Assembly: GCA_031417655.1 (NCBI GenBank)
Contig: JANOVZ010000041.1
Coordinates: forward strand, 19,052 to 83,051
Direction of reading: 5' to 3'
Length of the DNA: 64,000 nucleotides
DNA from: Sphingomonas sp.
Lineage (GTDB): Bacteria; Pseudomonadota; Alphaproteobacteria; Sphingomonadales; Sphingomonadaceae
Part shown: positions 1 through 8,000 of the stretch, in pieces
Layout: each line of letters opens with the position of its first letter
Position numbering within the stretch: the stretch's first letter is position 1
Position numbers and translations under genes: made by a program
Notes under the pieces: model-generated
The model's database searches: none
The model's input: the letters and a program-made list of their open reading frames with translations, nothing else
What the model was told of the DNA's origin: nothing

Positions 1-687
1 ATGCGTTATGTCCCGCGCAAATATGATCCGACGATCATCGAAGCGTTCGCGCTGATGGGCGCGCTCGATCCTGACTTGCAGGCCGACCAGCGCCAGGCCG
101 CCGCCGCACTTGCCGCCGAATGGCTTGACCGCGCTGATCCCGAAGCGAAATGGACCGCCAACATCGCGGCCGAAGGCGGCTACCACCTCGAACGGCTGTG
201 GCGCGGCGTCACCGATCACCACATCATCGAAAGTGCCTTCTTGTTCAGCCAGGAAGCCCGCCGCCTGCACACGCTCGTTGCTGAACAGGCCGAGAGTTAT
301 ACGGGCACGGCAAGGCTGGTAACGGTTGCGAAGAGTGCTCCTGCGCAGGCAGGAGCCCTGCCGGACGAAGCCACTGACGACACCGAAGAACCAGTCGTCC
401 CCACCAAAGGCGCGTTCATCACTCGCCCCAGCGATCTCCTCGACGCCATCCTCGCCGCAGGGCGCAAGGGGTTGAGCATCCAGCGCTACAAGGGTCTCGG
501 CGAAATGAACGCCGAACAGCTTTGGGAAACAACGCTCGACCCCCAAAACCGCGCAATGCTCCGCGTCGAAGTGACCCAAGCCGAAATGGCCGACGAAATC
601 TTCACGCGCCTGATGGGCGATGTGGTGGAGCCCCGCCGTGAATTCATTCAGGAGAACGCGCTCAATGTGGCGAACCTGGATGTTTAG
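1..687 (+). CDS. gyrB: DNA gyrase subunit B, C-terminal part (truncated by window start)
   Basis: [42 protein letters not shown]-terminal motifs. Confidence 0.97.
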   Translation: MRYVPRKYDPTIIEAFALMGALDPDLQADQRQAAAALAAEWLDRADPEAKWTANIAAEGGYHLERLWRGVTDHHIIESAFLFSQEARRLHTLVAEQAESYTGTARLVTVAKSAPAQAGALPDEATDDTEEPVVPTKGAFITRPSDLLDAILAAGRKGLSIQRYKGLGEMNAEQLWETTLDPQNRAMLRVEVTQAEMADEIFTRLMGDVVEPRREFIQENALNVANLDV

Positions 688-690
688 CGC

Positions 691-1596
691 TTGACGACCA
701 ATGCTCCCGAGACATCTACCAAAGCGGATAAGGCTGTTGCGCTGCCCAGCGCGACAATTGAATATTTGCTGAAATCTGCGAACGCATCGTTTGATCGCTT
801 TAACGATCTTGATGAGTCTGTCTGGCGTTCACTCCCCTTTTTTGCAGCAATTTTTGGTCTTGCGGCCACACTCGTTAGTACAACTTTACCGAGTCTAAGA
901 GCATTCGATTGGTCACTATATTCACTTCTTGGACATGGACTTCTGGTGCTCTCGGTCGCCAGTTTCGGGTGGGCCTTCCGCTGGTTTACGATCATAACGC
1001 GGCCTCGTTCGTTCGAATATCCGGCAGATGAACGAGAGCTACGCGAATACGCCGGGCTTTTGGCGGCATTCCATGAATCGCAGTCTCCATCAATCGAAGA
1101 ACGAGCTGAGTTCATCAATTAGGATTTGATGTTGCTACAAGCGACCCAACTTGGAGACGCCGCGCGATTAAATGGAAAGCACGCACAAGAGCGCTTGAAG
1201 GCCCGATCTCAAAGCCTGCAGTTTGCGATGATCGGATTTGCTCTTGCATTGGCAAATACATTCACGATCTATGCCCATGACCGAATTTATGGTATTGATG
1301 ACACGAAAGTAGGAGTAGAATCTGATGTCAACGCCGCCGCCACGACTGGTGCCACCAGAGCAAAACAGAGACTATCCACTGATGCGCCCAACGCCGCCGC
1401 AAGCAAACGTGGTAATTCAGGGCGCGGAGATGTGGAAACTGAGTGCAAAGGTGGAAGTGCGGAAAAAGGGTGCCTCGTGACCGAGCAACCAAAGCAACCT
1501 GTTCAGGCTCCGACGCCTAGGCCAGTAGAAAGGCCGACGGCCCCACCACCGCAGCGGATTGAACGGTCCGAACCACCTCCCGCTCGAAACCAGTGA
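691..1596 (+). pseudogene. Predicted 3-TM membrane protein interrupted by a single in-frame TAG (1120-1122); pseudogene, readthrough or sequencing error
   Basis: ORFs 691-1122 and 1126-1596 share a frame (AAT TAG GAT TTG ATG); three hydrophobic segments across the two parts; more AT-rich than gyrB. Confidence 0.6.
1325..1480 (+). CDS. Putative 51-aa Pro-rich micro-ORF in an alternative frame (MSTPPPRLVPP...KKGAS)
   Basis: AGGAG at 1311-1315, ATG 1325, TGA 1478-1480 overlapping a GTG at 1477. Confidence 0.35.
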   Translation: MSTPPPRLVPPEQNRDYPLMRPTPPQANVVIQGAEMWKLSAKVEVRKKGAS

Positions 1597-1601
1597 TAGT
1601 A

Positions 1602-1937
1602 TCACCCCACCAAAACCCGCACCCGCTGTCTGACTGCTTCCAGTTCCTCGACACTCGCCTTGCCCTTGCGGGTTGCCTTTCTTGCGCGCCAGTCGAGTGA
1701 TTTGACGTGGTCGGATAGCGCCACGCCGTCGCGACCGCTGCCAATTACGACCTCAAACCGGTTGCCACGCACGCGCGTTGTCATGGGCACGATGATCGCC
1801 ATGCCCGTCAGCCGGTTGTAGCAAACCGGCGACAAGACCAGCGCCGGACGGTGCCCCGCTTGTTCATGCCCGGCTTGCGGATCGAAATTCAGCCAGATGA
1901 TGTCACCAGCGTCGGGCGCCCAATCGCGCGCTACCAA
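1602..1937 (-). CDS. mazF: MazF/PemK family endoribonuclease toxin
   Basis: GDIIWLNFDPQAGHEQAGHRPALVLSP and SLDWRAR motifs; overlaps antitoxin stop. Confidence 0.95.
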   Translation of the reverse strand: MVARDWAPDAGDIIWLNFDPQAGHEQAGHRPALVLSPVCYNRLTGMAIIVPMTTRVRGNRFEVVIGSGRDGVALSDHVKSLDWRARKATRKGKASVEELEAVRQRVRVLVG

Positions 1938-2173
1938 ATCTCGTTGCCCTGCGCAGGGCCGAAATCGATCTCGCCATGAAAGTCACCGGACTTGCTACCG
2001 GCCAAAAGCCATTCGAGCGTCACTTGCGCAGGCCGCGCGGCCTCGATGACGATCCGCCCATTCTCTTCAACGATCCGCACAGCGTCGTCGATCTTGAGAC
2101 CCGCACCCGACAAGGCAGCAGCAGGCAAGCGTACCGCTGCACTATTGCCCCAGCGGCGCACATGCATATTCAT
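1931..2173 (-). CDS. mazE: MazE/AbrB family antitoxin
   Basis: VRRWGNSAAVRLP N-terminus, EIDFGPAQGNEIW C-terminus. Confidence 0.93.
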   Translation of the reverse strand: MNMHVRRWGNSAAVRLPAAALSGAGLKIDDAVRIVEENGRIVIEAARPAQVTLEWLLAGSKSGDFHGEIDFGPAQGNEIW

Positions 2174-2188
2174 GAATTTATTCCCATA

Positions 2189-2206
2189 GTATCTACAATG
2201 TAGATA
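2189..2206. promoter_or_regulatory. mazEF autoregulatory operator palindrome
   Basis: GTATCTACA-A-TGTAGATA palindrome about 16 nt upstream of the mazE start. Confidence 0.75.
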
Positions 2207-2226
2207 TGGGCACTTCTACCGGCGTG

Positions 2227-2817
2227 TCAACGCCCCGGCGGCGGTGCGGGCGGGGCACCGGCACCCGGCGGCAATTGCCCTTGTGCCTGCATCTGTTGCA
2301 TTTGCTGCTGCATCGCCTGAATTTCGGCCTGGCTGCGGAAATCGAGCAGAGTCACGTCGAAGAACAGCATCGCGTTCGCAGGAATTGGGCCCTGACCAGC
2401 GGGGCCATAGCCAAGCGCCGAGGGGATGCAGAAACGGTATTTACCGCCAACCTGCATCAGTTTCAGTGCTTCGGTAAAGCCCGGGATCATGCCCGCGACG
2501 GGCAACGGCGCGCGTTCGTTGGCGTCAAACGTCTTGCCGTCTTTCAACGTGCCCTTGTAATCGACCAGCGCAACATCGGTGTCAGTCGGCTTGTTGCCGG
2601 CGCCTGCCTTGACCGTCTGGATCATCAGGCCCGATGCAGTCGTGACCGGCTTTGCGCCGTTGAAGTCGCGAACGCTGCAACCGCTTCCCGACACTGTCGA
2701 TGTTCCGGCCCATGCCATAGCACCCGCCGCAACACAGGCCGCGCCAACGCCCAACCACAGCCGAGTCAACGAACCCTTTTTAATCGGGCGGAGGGGCACA
2801 GCCGTAACGTCGGACAT
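2227..2817 (-). CDS. FKBP-type peptidyl-prolyl isomerase with N-terminal TM anchor
   Basis: YKGTLKDGKTFD, MIPGFTEALKLM, IPSALGYG, IPANAMLFFDVTL. Confidence 0.93.
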   Translation of the reverse strand: MSDVTAVPLRPIKKGSLTRLWLGVGAACVAAGAMAWAGTSTVSGSGCSVRDFNGAKPVTTASGLMIQTVKAGAGNKPTDTDVALVDYKGTLKDGKTFDANERAPLPVAGMIPGFTEALKLMQVGGKYRFCIPSALGYGPAGQGPIPANAMLFFDVTLLDFRSQAEIQAMQQQMQQMQAQGQLPPGAGAPPAPPPGR

Positions 2818-2821
2818 GCGT

Positions 2822-3028
2822 TTATTTTACGCCATCGCGCTCGAGGCGCTTGCGGTCCATTTTGCGGGCACGACGGACAGCGGCGGCACGTTCGCGTGCG
2901 CGCTTTTCCGACGGCTTTTCATAATGACGGCGAAGCTTCATCTCACGGTAAACGCCTTCGCGCTGCAGCTTTTTCTTGAGCGCGCGCAGCGCTTGGTCGA
3001 CATTATTGTCGCGCACCATGATTTGCAT
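2822..3028 (-). CDS. rpsU: 30S ribosomal protein S21
   Basis: [25 protein letters not shown]...YEKPSE. Confidence 0.97.
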   Translation of the reverse strand: MQIMVRDNNVDQALRALKKKLQREGVYREMKLRRHYEKPSEKRARERAAAVRRARKMDRKRLERDGVK

Positions 3029-3129
3029 AAAATCGTCAGCTCCGAAATCAAAAATAAACGCCACACGCGCGCTCGCGGTGGCGGAAGTTGGTGCCGTTAG
3101 CAGCGGATTCGGCAAAATTCAAGTCTTAA

Positions 3130-3153
3130 CCCTCTCCCGCGAACGGGAGAGGG
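3130..3153. repeat. Solo REP-like hairpin (possible terminator of fasciclin gene)
   Basis: CCCTCTCCCG-CGAA-CGGGAGAGGG perfect 10-bp stem. Confidence 0.6.
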
Positions 3154-3164
3154 CCAACACAAAG

Positions 3165-3722
3165 TTACGGCAATACGACAGTGTCAATCACATGGACAAC
3201 GCCGTTTGATTGCATCACGTCAGCCATCGATACCATTGACATGCCGCCCTTGGCATCGGTCAACATCAGCTTGCCACCCATCATTGATGCGGTCAGTTGC
3301 GCGCCGTTGACGGTGGTCACCACGGCCTTGCCGCCGCCCGCTTTGATGGCGCTGGCAATCGCCGCACTGGTCAGCTTACCCGGCACGACATGATAAGTCA
3401 GGATCGACGCGAGTGTCGCCTTGTTCTCGGGCTTCACCAATGTTTCAACCGTGCCTGCGGGGAGCTTGGCAAACGCTGCATTGGTCGGGGCGAAGACCGT
3501 GAACGGGCCGGGGCCTGACAATGTTTCGACTAGATCAGCCGCCTTTACCGCAGCCACAAGCGTCGTGAGGTTGCTCGCCGCCGATGCATTCTGCACGATC
3601 GTCTTGGTCGGATACATTGCGGCACCACCAACCATCGGTGTTTTCATCTTGTGCTTACCAGCGAAAACGGGAGTCGCGGTGGCCGTCAAGGCAAGCATCG
3701 CAACGAGCGCAAATTTCTTCAT
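3165..3722 (-). CDS. Secreted fasciclin (FAS1) protein, MPB70/MPT83-like
   Basis: Signal peptide MKKFAL; GPFTVFAPTNAAF, ILTYHVVPG, SNGVVHVIDTV. Confidence 0.95.
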   Translation of the reverse strand: MKKFALVAMLALTATATPVFAGKHKMKTPMVGGAAMYPTKTIVQNASAASNLTTLVAAVKAADLVETLSGPGPFTVFAPTNAAFAKLPAGTVETLVKPENKATLASILTYHVVPGKLTSAAIASAIKAGGGKAVVTTVNGAQLTASMMGGKLMLTDAKGGMSMVSMADVMQSNGVVHVIDTVVLP

Positions 3723-3776
3723 GGGGGAAGTCTCCGAAAAAAATCGCAACCACATCTGGCGGTTGCTGGATTTAAC

Positions 3777-3802
3777 TACGGAACGAAAACTTCCGTGGAT
3801 GC
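3777..3802 (-). promoter_or_regulatory. ECF-sigma promoter for the fasciclin gene
   Basis: Minus strand GCATCC-N16-CGTA, typical ECF -35/-10 layout, just downstream of the anti-sigma gene. Confidence 0.6.
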
Positions 3803-3804
3803 AT

Positions 3805-4479
3805 TTAGGTCCGGATTATTTTTCCAGCGGCAACAATGGGACCGGCCGGCGCACCGCTTGGCGATCCACCTTTGACTTCCTGCGTGATTGCAAAGGTCGC
3901 ACCCGGCTGGACAATGGCCCGGTCGGCTTCGGGAACCCTATGCACCTCGGCCAGTTTTGCGTTGACGACGCCCAATGACCGCGGCGTGCCGCCCTCGGGA
4001 ATAATCCACAATTCCGCGTCACCCTTACCAGCATCAAGCACAGTCGGCGCAATCGTCAACTTGCCTGATGTCCCATCATAGCTGACGGCAATGATCGCAC
4101 CCTTTTCGCCCGAAAGCGCAGCCATCATCGGTTGCGCAGCGGGCGGAATGACGACGGGAAGCGGGCCTGGTTGCACCGCGATAAACAGCAGCAACGCCGC
4201 CACAACCGCCGTCGCTGCCACCGCCGCCGCGCGCCACCGCTGCATCAGGGTCGCGCTGTTGTCGTTGCCCGGTAATTGTGCTTCGATCTTCGTCCAGACA
4301 CCCTTGGGCGCGGGCGTTGCCACTTCCCCTGCCAGCGGCGCAAGTTGATCACGCCACCACGCAATGCGCAAGGACAGCGGCCCATCCGTTCGCGCGCGCG
4401 CCTGCACGGCCAGCGCTTCTGCGTCGTCGAGCAGACCCAGCGCATATTCGGCGGCAAGGATATCGTCGTCTTCGGTCAC
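3805..4479 (-). CDS. Anti-sigma factor, RskA family
   Basis: AAEYALGLL N-terminus, one TM, ELWIIP and FAITQEVKGGSPSGAP motifs. Confidence 0.9.
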   Translation of the reverse strand: MTEDDDILAAEYALGLLDDAEALAVQARARTDGPLSLRIAWWRDQLAPLAGEVATPAPKGVWTKIEAQLPGNDNSATLMQRWRAAAVAATAVVAALLLFIAVQPGPLPVVIPPAAQPMMAALSGEKGAIIAVSYDGTSGKLTIAPTVLDAGKGDAELWIIPEGGTPRSLGVVNAKLAEVHRVPEADRAIVQPGATFAITQEVKGGSPSGAPAGPIVAAGKIIRT

Positions 4480-5036
4480 GCCAAACAGGCCTTTAATTTG
4501 ATCAGCGCACGCCGGATGCGGCTTTTGACCGTGCCGAGCGGCGTCGATGCACGGTCCGCAATATCGGCATAAGTCGCGCCGTCAAAGAAAGCGGTGCGGA
4601 TCAGCGTCGCGTCATCCTTGGCCAGCGTTTCGATACACGCCAATATTCGCGCATCGGCTTCATGCGCGATCAGACATTGTTCGGCATCGGGCCGGTCGTC
4701 GGCCACTTCTGCGGCCAAATCAAGCGGGGCCATCACCCGCTTGCCCTTGGCGCGCAGCCGGTCAATCGCGCGGTTCCGCGTCAGCGCTACCAGCCACGTA
4801 ATCGGGCTCGCCCGCGCCGGATCAAACGACCCCGCTTTCTGCCAGATATTGATAAAAGCGTCCTGCAACACGTCCTCGGCATCATCCCCGTCAGGAAATA
4901 TACGCAGCGCAATCCCGTATAGTTTCGCCGACGTCCGGCGATAGACGTCCTGAAGCGCCGCGCGGTCGCCTTCGGCCACGCGCTTTAACGCTGCGACCAA
5001 TGCCGCGCGTTCATGCGAGGCGACATCTTCGCTCAG
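4476..5036 (-). CDS. ECF RNA polymerase sigma factor (SigK-like); start uncertain
   Basis: AEDVLQDAFINIW, RNRAIDRLR, PLGTVKSRIRRAL; CTG at 5036 overlaps the thiolase stop. Confidence 0.9.
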   Translation of the reverse strand: MSEDVASHERAALVAALKRVAEGDRAALQDVYRRTSAKLYGIALRIFPDGDDAEDVLQDAFINIWQKAGSFDPARASPITWLVALTRNRAIDRLRAKGKRVMAPLDLAAEVADDRPDAEQCLIAHEADARILACIETLAKDDATLIRTAFFDGATYADIADRASTPLGTVKSRIRRALIKLKACLA

Positions 5037-6271
5037 GGGAGTTCCACAGCCATTGCCGTGGCCTCGCCGCCGCCGATACACAGCGCCGCAACGCCACGTT
5101 TCAGCCCGCGTGTCTGCAACGCCGCGATCAGCGTCGTCAATATCCGCGCACCCGATGCGCCGATGGGATGGCCCAGCGCGGTCGCGCCGCCGTTCACGTT
5201 CAGCTTGCCGTCAGGGATGCCCAGTTCCTTTGCCGCAATCATTGCAACCACCGCAAATGCTTCGTTTATTTCGAACAAGTCAACATCATCAATGTTCCAG
5301 CCCACCTTGTCCAGCAGCTTGCGGATTGCGGGGACCGGCGCGGTCGTGAACAGCGCGGGGGCATGGGCATGGGCGGCATGGGCCATAACGCGCGCCACAA
5401 CCGGCATCCCCTTCGCCGTCGCCATGCTTTCGCGCGTCATAACCAGCGCCGCCGCCCCGTCCGAAATCGACGACGCATTCGCCGCCGTGATCGTTCCGTC
5501 CTTGGCAAAAGCGGGCTTCAGCGTGGGTATTTTGTCGGGCTTGGCATTGCCCGGTTGCTCGTCGCGCTCGACCAACGTCGTGCCACCACGTCCGAAGACT
5601 TCGACGGCAACGACTTCGCCATCGAATGCGCCCGAGCTGATCGCCTCGACCGCACGCGACAACGACCGCAGCGCATAGGTGTCCTGCGCTTCACGCGTGA
5701 ACTGATAATCGCGCGCGCTGTCTTCGGCGAATGCCCCCATCAACTTGCCGGGAGCATAGGCATCCTCAAGTCCGTCGAGATACATTGAATCCTTGACCGC
5801 ATCATGCCCGATCCGCGCGCCGCCACGGTGTTTCATCAGCAGATAAGGCGCGTTCGACATCGATTCCATGCCGCCTGCAATGATGACATCAGCGGTCCCG
5901 GCGACCAGCGCATCATGCGCCATGATCGCGGCCTGCATGCCCGATCCGCACATCTTGTTGACTGTCGTTGCGGCCACCGACTGTGGCAGACCGGCACCCA
6001 GTGCCGCTTGTCGGGCGGGCGCTTGTCCCAAGCCAGCGGGCAACACACAACCCATGATGATTTGGTCGATGGCATCGGATGAAATACCCGCGCGTTCGAC
6101 CGCCGCCTTTACGGCAGTCGCGCCCAAAGCAGTCGCTGAAACGCTGCCGAGCGCCCCTTGGAAGCCACCCATCGGTGTGCGGGCATAGGCGCAGATTACG
6201 ATGGGGTCGTTCATAAAAAATTCCGTTTGGGCTGAGCTTGTCGAAGCCTTGTCCTTCTTTGCTTGCGTCAT
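5033..6271 (-). CDS. Acetyl-CoA C-acyltransferase (thiolase); conserved start probably 6214, with a possible repeat-derived 19-aa extension from 6271
   Basis: NKMCGSG, EINEAF, GHPIGASG, LCIGGG motifs. Confidence 0.95.
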   Translation of the reverse strand: MTQAKKDKASTSSAQTEFFMNDPIVICAYARTPMGGFQGALGSVSATALGATAVKAAVERAGISSDAIDQIIMGCVLPAGLGQAPARQAALGAGLPQSVAATTVNKMCGSGMQAAIMAHDALVAGTADVIIAGGMESMSNAPYLLMKHRGGARIGHDAVKDSMYLDGLEDAYAPGKLMGAFAEDSARDYQFTREAQDTYALRSLSRAVEAISSGAFDGEVVAVEVFGRGGTTLVERDEQPGNAKPDKIPTLKPAFAKDGTITAANASSISDGAAALVMTRESMATAKGMPVVARVMAHAAHAHAPALFTTAPVPAIRKLLDKVGWNIDDVDLFEINEAFAVVAMIAAKELGIPDGKLNVNGGATALGHPIGASGARILTTLIAALQTRGLKRGVAALCIGGGEATAMAVELP

Positions 6272-6313
6272 ACGAAGAAAGACAGCTCTTCGACAAGCTC
6301 AGGGCGAACGGAA
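6221..6313. repeat. REPIN-like palindromic element, family B (CTGAGCTTGTCGAAG...CTTCGACAAGCTCAG)
   Basis: Inverted arms bounded by TTCCGTT/AACGGAA; near-identical left arm at 45569. Confidence 0.85.
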
Positions 6314-6318
6314 ATCAT
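6268..6318 (-). CDS. 16-aa relay micro-ORF MISVRPELVEELSFFV inside the repeat
   Basis: ATG overlaps the phoD stop (TAATG); its TGA overlaps ATG 6271 of the extended thiolase frame (ATGA). Confidence 0.4.
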   Translation of the reverse strand: MISVRPELVEELSFFV

Positions 6319-7949
6319 TAAACGCTTTCCAATCTCCGCCGCCCCGGCTTCACCCGCATCCGGTGCACCCCCGCCGACTCCAGTGAGCGCGTCGCCACTG
6401 TTTTAATGAAAACCCACTCGTTCGTCGCAGCCTGCGGCGTCAGCGTTAGCGTCATATATCCCCGCTGCGATGTGTCGGCCCACTTCAGTTCGCTGTTGGC
6501 CGCAACGAGATCGCGCGCCACCCGCAGCGCGTCCGTGCCGCGCGTTGCTTCGTCGATCCCCGGCGGCGTCACGCTCAGCCCGCTGAACTCGACTGCCGCC
6601 GTGCCGCGCTCACCCGGCAGTTCGAATGCCCAGCCATTATGGCTATCACCCGACAGCACGACCGCATTGGCGCCCGCCGCCTGCACCATGTTCAGGAACC
6701 GTTTGCGTGCCGCCGGATAGCCGCCCCAATTATCGAAATTCGAAGGCAGTCCGGCGCGGGTTGCAATAGCGGACGATTTGAACCGCGAGTGCCATATGGG
6801 CCGAGCATCGCGCGCCAGCCAGCTTTCGGCAGAGAGCGGCAGCATTGCCGTTCCCATTGGCGCGCCAACGCCGATCACTTGCCAGCGTGTCCCCGCGCGT
6901 ACGGATTGGCGCACCGCGCGGTCCAGCCAATGTTCCTGCGTCGTCCCCATCATAGTCATAGCGGGATCGTGCCAAGGTCCGGCGGCAAACGCACGCAATG
7001 TCGCTTCCGGATCCGGCCCCATCATAAGGCTGCCCATCGATGCCTGCTTACTACGCGCCGCGGTGCGCGTTTCGGTGCGGAAAAATGTCGCGAGCCTTCC
7101 GATCTGGTAAGTTTTCCAAGGCGTTTCATCAATCGGTAGCCATTCGTAATAAGCTTGCATTGCGGCGGCTTTGCGACTGCCCCACGGCCCTTCGTCGGCT
7201 TGATGCGCCCCCGCACCGCCTTCCCAGCTGTCATTTGCCGTTTCATGATCATCAGGGGATGCGATCATTGGGTGCCGCGCATGAAGCGCCTGTAAGTCCG
7301 GATCGCTGCGATAGGACGCATAGCGCATCCGGTAATCGGCAAGGCTGACAAGCTCGTTGGCGGGCACGATTTCGCTGGGGCGCAGTGCAACCTCCAGATC
7401 GGGATATGTCCCGCGATTGGCTTCATACAAATAATCGCCGAGATGCACCCACAGGTCGAGGTCTGCCCGCGCTGCCGCATGGCCGTAAGCATTGAAATAG
7501 CCAAAACCGATATTCGAACAGGAAAAGACCGCGATGCGCGCCGCGCGGACACCGTCATCGCCTAATGTCTTCGTCTGCCCAATAGGCGACATGCTGCCGT
7601 CCGGCCCGATGAAGCGATAAAAATACCGCTGCCCCGGTGCGAGCCCCGCCAGAGTGATCTTCGCCGTCCAGTCACGCCACGGCCCCGTGACGACTTCGGC
7701 ACCGCCGACAATTTTCGCAAAGTCCGCCGTGACGGAGATTTCGGCTTTGACACGAGCACGGTCGCCATCGCCCACAAACCGCGTCCATAACAGGACCGAT
7801 TCATTGTCCGGCTCACCGCTCGCGACGTTATGCGTAAATCCTCGCGCCCCGCCGAGTATCTGCGCCATGGCCACACCGCCGGGGAACATCAGCCCGCCCA
7901 GTCCAAAAGCGGCGGTCGTTATCAGCTGGCGGCGGTCAACGCGGATCAT
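6318..7949 (-). CDS. phoD: Alkaline phosphatase D family protein, Tat-exported
   Basis: RRQLI Tat motif; FTHNVASGEP, HLGDYLYE, DDHETAND, LSGDSHN. Confidence 0.92.
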   Translation of the reverse strand: MIRVDRRQLITTAAFGLGGLMFPGGVAMAQILGGARGFTHNVASGEPDNESVLLWTRFVGDGDRARVKAEISVTADFAKIVGGAEVVTGPWRDWTAKITLAGLAPGQRYFYRFIGPDGSMSPIGQTKTLGDDGVRAARIAVFSCSNIGFGYFNAYGHAAARADLDLWVHLGDYLYEANRGTYPDLEVALRPSEIVPANELVSLADYRMRYASYRSDPDLQALHARHPMIASPDDHETANDSWEGGAGAHQADEGPWGSRKAAAMQAYYEWLPIDETPWKTYQIGRLATFFRTETRTAARSKQASMGSLMMGPDPEATLRAFAAGPWHDPAMTMMGTTQEHWLDRAVRQSVRAGTRWQVIGVGAPMGTAMLPLSAESWLARDARPIWHSRFKSSAIATRAGLPSNFDNWGGYPAARKRFLNMVQAAGANAVVLSGDSHNGWAFELPGERGTAAVEFSGLSVTPPGIDEATRGTDALRVARDLVAANSELKWADTSQRGYMTLTLTPQAATNEWVFIKTVATRSLESAGVHRMRVKPGRRRLESV

Positions 7950-8000
7950 GTGGATACTCCTTCACCGGTGCGCTGCGCCCCGATTGTTGCAACGCCAAGA

